Shown: piece after piece, positions 24,741-38,696 of the stretch
Position numbering within the stretch: the first letter of the stretch is position 1
Layout of the letters: each line of letters opens with the position of its first letter
NCBI RefSeq assembly: GCF_963506605.1
Contig: NC_083282.1
Location: 21,080,001 to 21,144,000 of the forward strand
Source of the DNA: Zootoca vivipara
Taxonomy: Eukaryota
DNA: 64,000 nucleotides
Direction: 5' to 3'
Translations under genes and position numbers: made by a program
Notes under the pieces: model-generated
Databases searched by the model: none
What the model saw: the letters and a program-made list of their open reading frames with translations, nothing else
Told to the model about the DNA's origin: nothing

Positions 24741-27700
24741 GGAAAATTACCTAGGGAACCCAAGTCCTGGGGCTATGATGGAATGCCCATGATACCTTGC
24801 CCTTCCCCCCTTTTTCACAAACTTAAATTTATTTATCTTACTTTGCTTTTAGGATGGCTGGGCACACTGAAAAACACAAGGGCTGATGAGGTCCCAACCA
24901 CCCACCATTCCAATTTAAAAATGAGGCACACACAAATCGTCTGCAAATCTGTGTCATGGGTCTGTATCCTGAGTTCTTTAATCAGCTAGCAATGCTCCTG
25001 TCTGCCACCGACTACTGAAGAGCTGCCATCACTGAATAGTGTGTTTTAGTGGCACATGCTTCATGGCACATACACAGCAACACATACACAGTTGATGCTC
25101 ATCCCACTTTTCTGAGCGATGAGAAGTTCAAGGACCCAACACTCACTTGGGGTTGGCTCCCTTTGAAATGTGGTGAGGTTGATTTGATATATATTTTTTT
25201 TAATACCTGGTTTTATATTCTCCCTCCCTCCCTAGGCTTGAACACAGCTTAAACATTAAAACTGACACCAAAGCCCACTGCTCCCATATCATATATCCAG
25301 GGTGATAGCCAGAACCCTAAGATGCTTTCTGTGTGTGTCCCCGCCCCGCTTATGATTTAAAACTACATTCTGTCCTTTACACACAAACATTTGGATTACC
25401 TCATCCTTAGCTTGTGTGTGTGTGTGTGTGCCCTTCTATAATCAGTTTTCCATACTCAGAATATTCCCAGAATCATCCTGCTTCAAAAAGCAAATATGTA
25501 ACTATTTAGTTCCCATAGCTCTGTGTATCACCTTCAGTTTGCATCCACCAAAAGGATGTGCCTGGCCAGAGTGTTCCAAAAACTTTAAGCAGTTCTATTT
25601 CCCCATTAACCTTCCCCTATCTAACCCCCAATATTACAATTTTTCCTCCTTTCTAATCCAGTGTTTTTTCCTTACTATACTCTGTAACAGGATATGTGGA
25701 GAAAAATGCATTTTTAAAGCTTTGTATCTTTAAGGTTCAAGTCATAATTCCATGCTTTCCCCCCATTAACCATGAGACTAAGATATTTCCTTTTATAGGC
25801 AATGAAATATGAGATTAGTATATTTTCTGGGCTGAGGCCCTGGCCAAAAAAAAGTACCAAATGTTACAAAGCTAGTGATAATATCAAGAGAATTGGCACC
25901 AGTAAGAAAAGCAGGCATCCCACTGTTGAAGTTTTGTCACTGGTAATAAATGCGAACGGAACACATTTTCTTCATTAGATCTAATCTGCTCCTGCTGGTT
26001 TTTACTAATGAATGAAACAATATGTTAAGAGAATGAAGGTCAAATGTGAGGTGTATAACATTTTCTACAACCTAGATGGAAGAGATAGTTTTCTATCTAA
26101 AAGTCACAAGGGAGGGGAGCTGCTTGCAGAAATTATTTGTGGCCGGGAATAGTGATGCAGCTAGGTGATTTTGAACACAGAACTCAATGGCCTTATGGGG
26201 ATCCCCTTAAGAAAATCCACGTGTATTGCTTTAGTTACGAAACACACGGTTGACATTATGCACCCACCCACCCAGAGCTGTGATTCCATGCTCTACAACT
26301 GTGTGTCTGCATTCCTGAAACATGGGGGTGCGGTGAGGTGGATAAAGTTAAAAACCCAATTATAAACAAAATTGATACTTTGAGCATGTGCACTTTCAGA
26401 TTTTAAACTCACTTAAATCTTAGCGCCATCATGACTTTGAGAATAAAATAGACTTTGGCTTATTGGGGGGGGGGGAGTACCATTTTCTGGTACAGAAGAT
26501 TGTTATAAGTTTGTGAGGTGCCTGGACTCTGGATCCAACCCTTAAATCAGTTTTGCTGCTTTCTGAGCTCTGCACATTTGGATTCCAAACTGCAAATAGC
26601 TCCGTTTCCTGTTATTCTATGCAATCTAGAGTCCTGTGTAATCAAATTAATCATTTTAAATATTTAATGGTAAGTACCGTAGTTTTTTCTTTGTGAACCT
26701 GTGATAGCCAGGTTCTTGGGGAATCTTTCAACCATGTAGGGATCCATAAAGAAATTTCAAGCCCTGGGGAATTGTGTTTCTCCAGAGGATTAGTCAACAT
26801 TTGATATTCACATTGTACTAAGACCTAGGAAATCCATCCCTCATGACACAACAACATTGATACCAGCTGAATTTATTTACTTACGGTTGATTGGGATAGG
26901 AAAAACATCTATTGTGAACTTTGTATCCCCGATATTAAATTACCTGGTAATGGAAAAGATTTGGGGCATTTCATTTTAGGGAGGATTTATAACAAAATAT
27001 AATGGATGCTCACCTCTCATTTGTCAATTCACATTTAGCCTAGGCAGCTGGAAACCACATCACCCCAATCTCCAAGCAGTGTGAGACTCCGGGGTTACCA
27101 TGCTCTTCCCCATGGTCTGGTTTCCTCAGAATAAGGAACAACGGAGACTGTGGTGTCTTTATGATATGGTTTATTTATACAACCTGAGCCTACAACAGAG
27201 AGGCTCACAGCATTAATGACCCAAGAGGGTCTTGCTTCTCCCATAGCCACAGTCTTGGGTTCAAGCAGAAATCAGGCATGGCTCTGTCTCTCAGCTGCTA
27301 AGTCTGCAGCCAGCTTCTGGCTCATACACCTCAACTCTCACCTTTGTCTTTCTATCTAACAGAGAGCTGAGGGAGGAGGTCCACCCATTTGCCCTCTGGC
27401 ACAGAGTCACTTCCTTTGTTACCTTAATGACAGTAAGGTAACAAAAGGGCGGTACAGTTTGAACTGGGCCTCTCTCTCAGCTTCCCCCCTATTTGCAATA
27501 ATTCTGACCTACCTTGCAGGGTTGTAATGAGATAAGGCATATGTGAAGTGCTCTGAAAACGCTAAAAAGCACTATATAAACCCCAAGTATATTAAACGTG
27601 AAAAATAGCCACTTTTTATTATATGGCTTGTTCTAACCTCTGTGTCCTCACTGTGTGTCACAGTGAAGTTCTGATCATCAACCACTATCGCTAATGCATT

Positions 27701-29985
27701 CCAAAAGAAGGAGAGACTGATTTGTCTTCAAATGAGATTCTGTTGAAGTCAGGGGCTTCAACAGCTAGTGATGAATGTGATCCAAAACACCTGAATAGCT
27801 GTCACACACTCCATTTTACACTCCAGCTGTAGTGAATCATTTCCTTTTTCCATATCCCAACAGATAATTTAATTCTGCAGCACAGAATGCAGGCAAGATT
27901 AGGACATTCGCCCAGTTTAATTGCCAGTTAGATTTGCAAGCAAGGTCACAATTCACAGTGCCAGACTTTAGTTGGACAGTGTTATGACAGAGCAGGAAAC
28001 ATTAATCACCGTAGCCAGCAGAAAATTACAGTTTAAAGAAATACTTATTAATCCTGTTTGCAGGGGTTGTCCCTTTCCTTGTTTTTTTGTTTAAAGAAAA
28101 GGTGTATTCAGCTGTACTGTCAGGTGAGGCATAGCTAGGAGGTGGCTGCAGACAGCAGACATTAGTGGCTGACACGGAAGGATTACATCCTTAATTAAAT
28201 TATTAAATTAAATTATTTTGTTTTCATCCGCTTTCCTTCAGCATGCAACTGGTTTGCTACAGGAGGAAATGTGAAACTCTTTGTGGTACACCACAGAAAC
28301 CTCACTATACTGATGCCCTCCACCCCCTGCAGTGAAAATCACCATGTCCTCTATTCCCCTTGTCGCAGCAGCTGATTGGCTGTGAAAACCAAAAAAACGG
28401 TGGGGTGGCTTTTCTTAACATTTAACATACCTTCTTTGTGCATTGCTAGGGGAAGAAGAAAGTCAGAGACAGATCTCTTAGGACAATAGAACTGCAACCC
28501 TGCACCTCTGGAAGAGAATGAGGAGTCGGGGAATATCTGCACAAAATCTTGGTTTCAATCTAATGGGCCAGGAGAAGCAGCAGCTTCCCATTCTGAATCC
28601 CACTCTCAGGTTTGAGCCCATTGTGCGTCTTGTTTGAGGGGGTGGCCCAAGGATTGTCATGACTCCTCTGATGACAGCAGCCCTGCGTGGTGGTGGGGAG
28701 ATGCATTCATTCCCTCACCCATCCCATGTGGAGATGCTGTCACTGGAACCAGCATCTTCTCTCCTAAGCTCCAAGGAGACACTGTAGATCTGTGGAGGAG
28801 CTATTCCTGCAGTTTGAAACGCTAAGGTCTAAGCCAACAGCTGCAGATGAAGGCGCTTGCCCCTTGACTGGCTACATTCAGAGTTCAGGGGATGGAACCT
28901 CTAGTCCAGGCTAGAAAGATCTGACCGCTGAGCCAGGACGCTGCTGAGACAACTTGCATCTCGTACCCCAGCTGCTGGATCAGTGATCGTGGTCCTGAAA
29001 CCCATGCCTAGGTCCATTTACTGAGGTGCCCTGCCTCACTTTCTTCTCTGCTTGGAACCCTGGGACTACTGACCTTTCCCTTGCTTGGGCCATCAACCAA
29101 CTGTAACAGTGGTCACTTCCATGGCTCAGGACAAGGGAGTCCTGCATGGAGTCAGCCTTTGTGCCAGCACACAATCCTGGCCAAAGAAGGAAGCTGCCAG
29201 GAGACCTGCTCTTGCTGTCTGCAGATCACTTTTGCTTCTTCCCCTTTGCCTTGGCATCTATCCTCAGTTCCCCGGGAGAAAGAAGCAACTCCTCTGGTCA
29301 CCATTGGGAATATCGGTGACTGCAGTCTAATTATGTAAGCAGCACAGTACTAAGCATGCTTATTCTGAACTAAATTCTACTGAATTCAGTGGCGTTTGCC
29401 CCCAAGTAAATGTGCAAATGATCACAACTGCAACCACTTATCCCTACACTAATCTTTTATCTTCCTGGCTTAATTTTAATCTAAACCTACAACACATTTG
29501 GTGTTCATGGGTAAAACCCAGAATAAGGTTAAATATTACCGTGTTCCATGCAGCAAAGCATTGCAATTTTTAATTCAATTTTTAACCCACACTTCTTCCA
29601 AGGAGCTCATAGTGTCAGTATCCAATTCTTCTTTTAACTTTCACAACAACCCTGTGAGGGACAGTTAGGCTGCGAGAGAAAGGTTGGTCCAATGACATTC
29701 AGTGAGCTTTATGGCTTTGGAGTGTATGATATTGTTTTGACAGCTATAATATTTTTTCCTTTTATGTTTCTTAAACTTTAATAAAGGTTAATTTAAAACA
29801 GTTTTTGAAAAAGAAATAAAACAACTCAAGGATCCAGAATTATAGAGTACCTGTGATTGGGGAAAGAAAGGAGGACCTCAGGATTCTTCTTACTCAAGCC
29901 TTATTCCATACAAAATATGTCCATAAACATTTAAGAAAATTACTGGGCTATTGCTAATTCAGCTAAAGGCCATCATTATTATTAT

Positions 29986-31216
29986 GGGTTCCGGTTTCCG
30001 CCTGCAGGAATGGCGGACCTGTTTTCCATCTCTCTGACCTTCGTAAGGAATTTGGCGGTTGCTAGGGGAGTAAATGGCAACCCCCTACCCTCTCCGGGGG
30101 TTACGGAGAGGGGCCGCTGGCCCGCGATGCCCCCAGACCCACTCCGACTGTTTTTGGAGTGGGGGGAGCTTGGGCTGAGCACTTACGACGGCCAGGACTC
30201 CCGGACGCTAATCTGCATGGCGGGGATTTCCATGGTTAAAGAAGATAATTAGGCTTAAATCTATGGACATACTTCAGAAGGAGGGGAAGAAGCGCTGTTT
30301 ACTGCTGAGAATTTTATGCTGCTGAGCGAGAGGAGTCAAAGAATGTACGGCATCTGGAAGAAGGATTGATGGGGACGGAGCGATAAGGGAAGCAAGTTTT
30401 TATTTTTTCTTCATATTGTTGCCTCGTATCTTCCCGGACGCGATGTCCTGGCTTGTTTGGAGTGAAAGAGAAGCAAAAGACTGTGTGAGTTGAACTCTAT
30501 AGCTGTTGTTACTGAGCATATTTCTTAAAGATGTGAAGTTGCCGATGAGAAAAGCCCCCCCCTAGTCAGACGGAAGGAGTCCTGGACGCGTTCGGAGGAT
30601 TTATGAGCTGTGACGCACTTTAAATTGGAGCAGCGACCTGAAGCTAAGTTCAGCTATAGGGCAAGGAGATCCATTAATTTACCAAGAGTTCATGGTTGGA
30701 TGTTTGGGTCTCCTGCCTGAAAAAGCTGTAAATTCTATAAAGATAAATAAATCGTAAATCTTCATGGCTATGAGAGAAAATGAAAGTGATTTGAGCCTTT
30801 TAAGATGGCGCTGCTACTCCGTCGCAACAGGGAGCTCCACTAAGAAGATTTATGGGGAGGCTGGACTGATTAACTCACACAGGAGAAAGAACATCTGTGA
30901 AACTTCGTTTGACATTTATCTCAGCAGCTGGAACAATTGGATGAAAGTGGAAAACATCTAGGTGACTGTAAGGGGAAGATTTGGAATATTATGAGCTTGG
31001 AGGACGATTTGAACTTTAGAAATAAGACGGCAGTGGACAGTTGCGAGGAATTCCCAATTTCTTGAAGCATGGGAACCCAAAAATAAATTATTTAGATGAT
31101 TTGGCATAACATTCGGTTTGATTGATATATATATGTGTATAATTTGAAATATTGAATGTGATATAATTGGTTTTAATTGGAAAATTAATAAAAATATTTA
31201 AAAAAAAAAAAAAAAA
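29986..31216 (+). mobile_element. Non-autonomous L1-derived retroposon of about 1.2 kb (CpG-rich 5' end, degenerate ORF2 C-terminus, poly(A))
   Basis: 18-bp TSD aaaggccatcattattat (29965-29982 and overlapping the end of the poly(A)). Start GGGTTCCGGTTTCC..AATGGCGG. Remnants ISAAG.IG*KWK, KIWNIMSLE and FLEAWEP near the 3' end. Confidence 0.8.
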
Positions 31217-31954
31217 GGCCATCATTATTATACCCACATTGCAGGGGTGGGGCTGTGGCTGAGACAGCTTGGGTTACATCAACTCTGCAAAGGAACCCCA
31301 TTTTGGATGAGGTACTGAGGAGTTAAGAGTAGCATATTACAACCATGAAATACAATCCACTGTTGTTAGGTTGTTATGCTGGGCTGGGCATATTGTGAAG
31401 TTGATTGTAGCAACAGTGCAATTAGTTAAAGGTGGGAAGGGACAAAGGAAGCCAGGGAAAGGATTTGGGTTCCAGCGGTGAGTGGGAAGACAATGTCTGG
31501 ATTCCAGGTCTGCCTGTAGATAAGAGAGCAGATCTACGAACTGTGAAACAACTGAAGGGTAGACCAGAAAGACAAGTTTCTCAGAGGCATTGGCAGTGCG
31601 TACACTATTTAAAAAATCTACCAGAAATGATGGTCATGTTTGTTTTTAGTATTTACTTTGCGTCCCCTAGAAAAACACCTGAGGACACCTATGATGCTTC
31701 ACACCCTCTGGGAAACCCACCTGGCACCAACATTGCCATCTTTTTGATGCTAGGCCAAAACTTTCTGTCATTTGCAGGCATTTGATAGTTAACCTTTTCT
31801 TCTTCTGTTTGGCTTTTGTAAGTTCACTGTTTTAATGGTGATTAATGCAGTTGGTAAAAAGGGAGTTTCAATTGTGGGAAATTAGTAGAGGACCACTTTT
31901 GGCTTTATCTTGCAGGCACTTCTAAATTTGCTTTGAGACCTTTGTGGTATAAGG

Positions 31955-32969
31955 CAGTGTTTTTCAACCTTTTTTGGGCAAAGGCACACTTGTTTCATGA
32001 AAAAATCACGAGGCACACCACCATTAGAAAATGTTAAAAAAATTACTATTTTTTTTTTTTTGGCTTTGTGTTGGCGTTCAGAGTCTCTTAATTAGCGTTG
32101 CTTTTGCTCCTTAGAACCGGCGCTCTTAGCTGCTCAGTTCTCCTTTTAACAAAGTCTCTGTCTTTAATGTAAAACACACCGCAGTCTCTCTTGTTCTTTT
32201 TCTCCCTTTTTAACTAACGTTTGCCTCGTATGAAATCCCGTGTTAACAGTTTTGTAATATTAGAAGGGCTTCCTTCGTATTTTCCCTTCTTTTCCCCGCG
32301 AAATACTTCACTGGCGTCTATTTCATTTAATGGGGAAAGAGTCCTTTTTTCCTTAATAAGCTGGTCGCTTCCGCGCTCAGCGTCAGTCTTTTTTTCCGGT
32401 TCCCCTCTCTTTCGATGGTTCTAATGACTTTTTCTATGTTTTATTTTGGGGTTATGTTAATGGATATTCCCCCGCCTTGCCCCCTCGGACTCTAAGGCTT
32501 GCTCGCCTTGGGTTGCTCTCCGCCTTGCGCCACGAGTTCACCTCGTCGGAGATGTAGGTTTCGGTGGTCTCCCTTTTACTGGCGCTGCAGGCTTCAGTTT
32601 CGTCCTGGTCACCCCAGGACTCACGGGGTCGCCTAGCCTCTGCGTTGCCCCCAAAACCCCTTTAGGCGGCCGCTTTTTTCACGGAGCTTCTTCAGAGCTC
32701 CGGCAAAGCGTGTCCGTAGCAGGCGCGAGGAAACCGGAAGCCCCGGAAGGCTGACTCTGCCTTCTTTCCCCACAGAAGCGTTTCCCCCTGCTGGTGCCTG
32801 CCAGGCTCCTCTTGGAAGGAACCACACGCGCTCAGCCAGCCAGCCAGCCAGGGATCCTGCAGGCGCGACGCGGCGGCTCGCCGCCCCACTGCCGTCTTTT
32901 CCCCACGGCACACCAGGCAACATCTCGCGGCACACTAGTGTGCCGCGGAACAGTGGTTGAAAAACACTG
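31955..32969 (+). mobile_element. hAT family A copy 3 with about 850 bp of foreign interior
   Basis: Arms near-identical to 7421-7626. Perfect TSD gtataagg. Interior 32048-32895 differs from the other copies. Confidence 0.9.
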
Positions 32970-34495
32970 GTATAAGGCAACAAACGAACAAACAAAAATA
33001 ATAATGGCAAAGCTGGATTCTTATGGATTTCCCCCCTCATATACCCCTTTAGCTAAAATTTCAAGTGTTATGTGTGAAGCTTCCACTCTCAGTCCTTGGC
33101 CTATTTTCCCCATCATCCTGTTTATGAACTTTAATTTAGAATGAAAACTATCTATCTATCTATATATACACAACACCCGAACAATACACAAAGCATCTTT
33201 GCTGAAATTCCTGTCCTTCAGTTTACTTGGCAGTTTAATTAGACTGACAGTGTTTCACAAGTTGGTAGAACGCATGTTGCTATAGTTCAGCGATCGTGTT
33301 TGTTTCTGTTGTTTTCTTTTTAAAGGTTGATCCTTGCCAAAACCGGATAATCCAGTGATTAACTTTGATTTATCTCACATAACAGCCACTGAGTGTATAT
33401 CATCATTCCCTCTTAATTTATAGCAGAATGCAAATTCTGCTGTGTCAGCTTCTCTAAAAAATCCATTAACTAAAATAGAATCTGGCAATTTATCGTTACC
33501 AGTTCTCTAGGATGAAAGCGAAGATGGTTGACAAGGACAACTCCTGAACAGCATGTTTGTGGGTAGGCGACAAGAAAAGAGGCACTACAGAAGGGACTTT
33601 GGTTTCCCCTTAAAAAACCCAAAAGGAGCACAATCTCTTCTCAGACTTGTCATACCTGTTTATGATGAACAGCTGCTTTAGACTTGGCAAAATACGGAAA
33701 GCATCTGTCTCAAATGGCAACAGCTAAGATTATTTTTTTCATACCACTCGCAACTTATACGGAACAACATTGGTTTTGGAACAACTTAAGACTATTGCTC
33801 CGGCCTACGAGCTTTTAACCACATATCTTTGCTTATTCTTTAATGCATATAGAAACAAAATACGGTTATGTACAAAGTAGAATGTGAACACTATTCCAAT
33901 TGAAGAACTGTCAAAGTGGAGTCTTTTCCCCCCACTATCCCCCATGGGGGATAAATTAAATTAGGTTGCAGCTTATGGGTATTGAGAAATGACTCTGCTG
34001 GGGAAAGGAATAAGCACCCGAAATTGATTAAATGGGTTAATGATTGAACTAAATCAAGCTGCTCCAATGTTTCTTTAAAAATGCCCCTTCCAGCCGTCAT
34101 TTAATCAATTGATTCTCTTAAGTGTCAGAAGCACAAAGCTAGCAATGGGTGACTATGATACTGCCACAGGAATGCATCTATCACCTAAAAGGCATGCACT
34201 CCCTTCACAATTTTATTAGGACATTTAGAGCAGAACGGGGAGGGGGTGGAAGTTCACTCAGAATGTGTCAAAGGCAGGGTGAGAGGCAAGGGGGTCCAAT
34301 ATGCTACAATTCTATAGCTTTTCCTGCCCTAGCTCAACCTACAGTTTTCTCAGCCTAACCTACCCCATGGGGTTATCGGGAGGGTAAAATGCAAAAATTC
34401 TATATTCACTGCCTTGAACTTGTCAGCCCAGCTTCTTCTGTGCTGACCAAGGTGGTCTGCATTTAAGAACAGCAGGTCTTTCTAATGGTTATGAC

Positions 34496-34631
34496 CAGGC
34501 ACCCCCAAACTGCGGCCCTCCAGATATTTTGGCCTGCAACTCCCATGATCCCTAGCTAACAGGACCAGTGGTCGGGGAAGATGGGAATTGTAGTCCAAAA
34601 CATCTGGAGGGCCGAAGTTTGGAGATGCCTG
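34496..34631. mobile_element. Palindromic hAT MITE family B (136 bp)
   Basis: TIRs CAGGCACCCCCAAACT / AGTTTGGAGATGCCTG with perfect TSD gttatgac. Confidence 0.9.
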
Positions 34632-37513
34632 GTTATGACCAATGAATCAGTCTAACCTATAGGTCTTTATAGGGGTCAGGCAGTATCTGCTTTCACCTGT
34701 TGATGCAAATAGTTTTACCTGACTTACTTCTTTCTGTAGTTCTTTGCTTTGGTCAGACCTAATGGGCAAGAAGCTACCGTATTTCTCTACCTAACAGCCT
34801 TCAGAGCACCATTTCAAGACTTTTTAAAAGACACCTTCTGAAATCAGGTTTCAGCCAGTGTAAATTGTTAATTTTAACAGAAATTTCAGGCATTGTCAGA
34901 CCTGTGAACTGATAATTGTGTACATTGTTTTCGTAATGTGAAGAGTCTGGGTGTGTTACACAGACAGATTACTTGCAAGTAAGAGACATATTTGTGAAGA
35001 ACTAAGTTCAGTCCTTGGATGCAAATATTATTTCCATTTATATTTCTCATTGACATGTTTTAAGTTTTTTTATTTCATTAAATCCAGCAGGTAATTTGTT
35101 TCATCATATTTTTTGGAAGCTTCAAAAGGGGATATGGGAGAATTCATCTTGCATAAAGGAGAAATGTAAAAGAAAGAACAATTGTGCAAAGACTCGTGGC
35201 TAGTCCTGAATGAACAGACTAAAACAAAATATTCAAAATTTCTGCCATTTGTTGCATTACGATGCCTTTACCAAACCATATTCTCTGAAACAACTTTTCA
35301 AGATAGCAGAGGGTTGTGGGTGGAGGAATCCAACCTTGCTGGCACTTTTTGCTGGAACCTGCTCAATTACTTAGCTACGAACACAACAGGGATATCCCAA
35401 AGACAGAAGAATTGGTTTGAGATGGCGTTTCATGATCCATTACTGTACTTTGAAGCATATTTTCTCTATGGGGCTCTGAAGGAGCTATGTAAGATGAGAG
35501 ATCTTTGCACATGTGAAGTTTCCATTAAGGAAAAGAAGAAGAGGCCCAGAATAAGCAAGCTGTGTCTGGTGCATTATCAAAGCTTCTTTCAGTGCCTGCA
35601 AGTGAGGTCTCCTGGCGGTATCACTTCCTGAGTGCTGCTGCAAACACGAGCAGAACTGAGCAGCAGGTTCAAGGGAGTGAGCATCGTGCTGGGAATGCTT
35701 TTTTTTTTTTTGGCAAGTTGTTTCTGATGCTACATATCCTCTTGATGAGCATGGCAGAAAAGAAAACTCCGCACTCAGACCAGGTGGCATTTCCTGATGT
35801 GATCTGTACTCCCAAGGTGTGTTGCCTGTCATGGGGATCTGGAGGTAAAGTGGGAGCCATACAGAGAACTAGGTGGGAAAAGGCCGCACATTTACTGTGT
35901 AAAAACATTCCAAATGTCTTGGCAGAAGGACAAAGCACTGTAACATCCAGCTGGTCTGTTTTGTAGACCTACGGTTCCCAATTTTTTGTAGCAATTGTAA
36001 TGCGCTGTGATAGACACTGTATGATTTTTAAAAATTGCATTTTCATTGCTCCCCCTGCACTTACACTGCATTTTATTGTATTACAATTTGCATTCCATTT
36101 GCACTCATTGTAATACAATGACATTCAATGCAAGAGATGAAAGAAGCAAATAAATGCAATTTAAAATCAATACGATTCTTCTATTGTGCCAAGGCCTGAA
36201 GCCCACCTGTGCTTTGTTATGCAGGCAGTAACTGGGCTGTCTCATCCGTTGTAACAGTTTAGTGTTAGGTTAAGATCTTTCCTCTCTCAAGGTTATGGTC
36301 GATTGAGGCATTTGCACCAGATTTGACTTCAAAATGTGCTTTGGCCTTGGCTTTGGGTTGCTGTACGAAACAGCCTGTTCCACTAATGGATCTTACTTGT
36401 TCCACTGGCGATGAGATGTTTTCCCAACTTTAGGCGAGAGCCATCTGTTCCAGAGTGTGCTAATGTGTTGACACCAGATAACTTTTGAAAACAAGCTAAA
36501 CAAGTCTAAACAAGCCAGGGGTGGCTTCCAAAAAACCCTGCAAAAAGGTTGCAGGCAGGGCAGCAGAGCAGGGATGACAGCTGCCTATGAAACTGCAGTA
36601 CAGATCAAAGTAAAGACTTTGACTTTGCAAATTAAAAAACTCAACAGAAACATGCATCTTGCCCTGGGCAGCCCTACTAGGGTTGCCTTTTAATATACCC
36701 AGACTGCCAGAACACCATTAGAGAAATTGCAAAACATATGCTGCAGCATTCTTTGTTGCTGCCCTACCCTAACTAAGGCATCTGACACCTATATCAGGTT
36801 TATCTCTCTACCACCCTGCCTCAAAGTTGCTAAGGATGGCCTAGCTGAGTTTTTAATGTCATGTCCCTCCCCACTTTGGAAAAACAACAACTACTGGTAT
36901 GTTATGCGTTGAAAACTGTTAGGGATTCCCAACTGATTGCTTGCGGCCAATGAGCTGCCAAAGTGCAAAGCAGGGTGGGAGGCAGGGGTGTGGCATTTGC
37001 AGGGTGAAAGCTTTCATCGGTCCCAGCTTCTCTTCTGCAACTTCTCCACCTGGCCGCTCCCCTTCCCCCCCTTCCTGCCCTGCAAATGGAGAGAAAATAG
37101 AGGGCTGGAGAAGGGTTGAAGAGGAAAAGCTCCTATTTTCTTGCCCACAAATGCTACTGCACCACAGGCATTTTTTGCATGTTTAGGAGAAGACTCAGCC
37201 GGCCATACTATGGCCCCCATGAATTGTCCTCTGGAAACATTGTGGAAATGGGCTTTTTCAGTTTTTGCACCAACTCTCTGGAAACCCTCAAGAGATTCAG
37301 GAAACTTCATTGCTTCGATGTTTTAAATGCTTGTTAAAAACCTAGGCTTGCTTACTTAGGCCTTTACTGATGTTTAAAAGGCTTATCCTGTTTAGCAGCT
37401 GAGACTGTTGTTCTTAACCCATGGATTTTTAAAAATCAAGTTAGTTAGTTAGGATACTTGAAAACCAATTAACTGATTCCCCCCCCCCTTAAAAAGTGAG
37501 GATATAAATTATG

Positions 37514-37544
<31 letters not shown>

Positions 37545-37640
37545 CTGCTTTAGTTGTATCTAGCATTAATGGACCAAATGGTCTGGTTTAGTATATAGGT
37601 CTTTACTGTTAGTTTGAGCAAGTGCATAAATCCTTCAACT

Positions 37641-37764
37641 CAGGGATAGAGAATCTTTGGCCCTCCAGATGTTGTCATCTTACAACTCTCATCACCAGCT
37701 GGCTGGGGCTGATGGGAATTAAGAGTCCAACAACATCTGGAGGACCACAGCTTCCCCATCCCTG
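37641..37764. mobile_element. Palindromic hAT MITE (family B-like)
   Basis: CAGGGAT...ATCCCTG ends with TSD cttcaact/cttcacct. Confidence 0.8.
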
Positions 37765-38560
37765 CTTCACCTGGAAATGTGGGGGGCTGAACCAGAATCC
37801 TCCAACCACTTATGTTTTCTATTAACACTGTTCTATGGCAGTTGTTCCACATGTAAGCAAATGCAGTGCAGCAGCATCTTTTAGACTACAGTACAAATTG
37901 AGTGACACAAAAAACTATAAATATTCCCAGGGAACGAAAAGAGTTTTAGCCATAACAGGCAGTAAGTACATCTTCCTTTACTTACCAAAACAATTTGCAA
38001 GGCTGCAGGAAGTCCTGATAATATAACCCCCATTTGAGTTACTAGGCCAAAAGCTAGCACACATAAGTCGAAGCCAGGGTCAGGTCATTCCCAAGGATAT
38101 TAAGTGCTGACCCATACATTTTGCACAGAATTCTTCCCAAGAAAGCATTTTATCCCTTTAGGTTCCATGTAGAAGCCATTAAACACATTAATGGCTCTGT
38201 GGCAGCTAAACCAGTACACAAGGTTACTTTTGAGTATTTGATTTATTTCACACCTAAGCCAAAGGATTAGATTTATTTCACACCTAGGCCAAATGCACTA
38301 GAAACCAAACACAGTTTTCCACAGTAAGGAAAGCTGAGGTCTATGTGTTCACACTGGATGGGAATATTTGTTATTTTCTTTAAAATAATGTATTTCACAT
38401 TTTTATATCCTCCCCTTCATTCTGCAATGGAGCACAGAGTGGCTAACAGAAAAAAATTGCATACTTCACAAAACCATTAAATGACCTAACAGGTTCTCAT
38501 CAATAAAAACAGCAGCAGCTAAGAGCTCCGTAACACCAGTTAAACCTCCAAGGCCTAGAC

Positions 38561-38696
38561 TAGGCATCCCCAAACTGTGGCCCTCCAGATGTTTTGGCCT
38601 ACAACTCCCATGATCCCTAGCTAACAGGACCAGTGGTCAGGGATGATGGGAAATGTAGTCCAAAACATCTGGAGGGCTGAAGTTTGGGGGTGCCTG
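38561..38696. mobile_element. Palindromic hAT MITE family B (136 bp)
   Basis: Highly similar to 34496-34631. Perfect TSD gcctagac. Confidence 0.9.

Noticed and set aside
27080-27456. Possible solo LTR (TG...CA with a minus-strand AATAAA)
   Set aside because: No convincing TSD or definable right boundary.
38240-38293. Small 30-bp-period tandem duplication (similar ones near 14205-14270 and 63100-63145)
   Set aside because: Ordinary slippage duplications with no sign of function.
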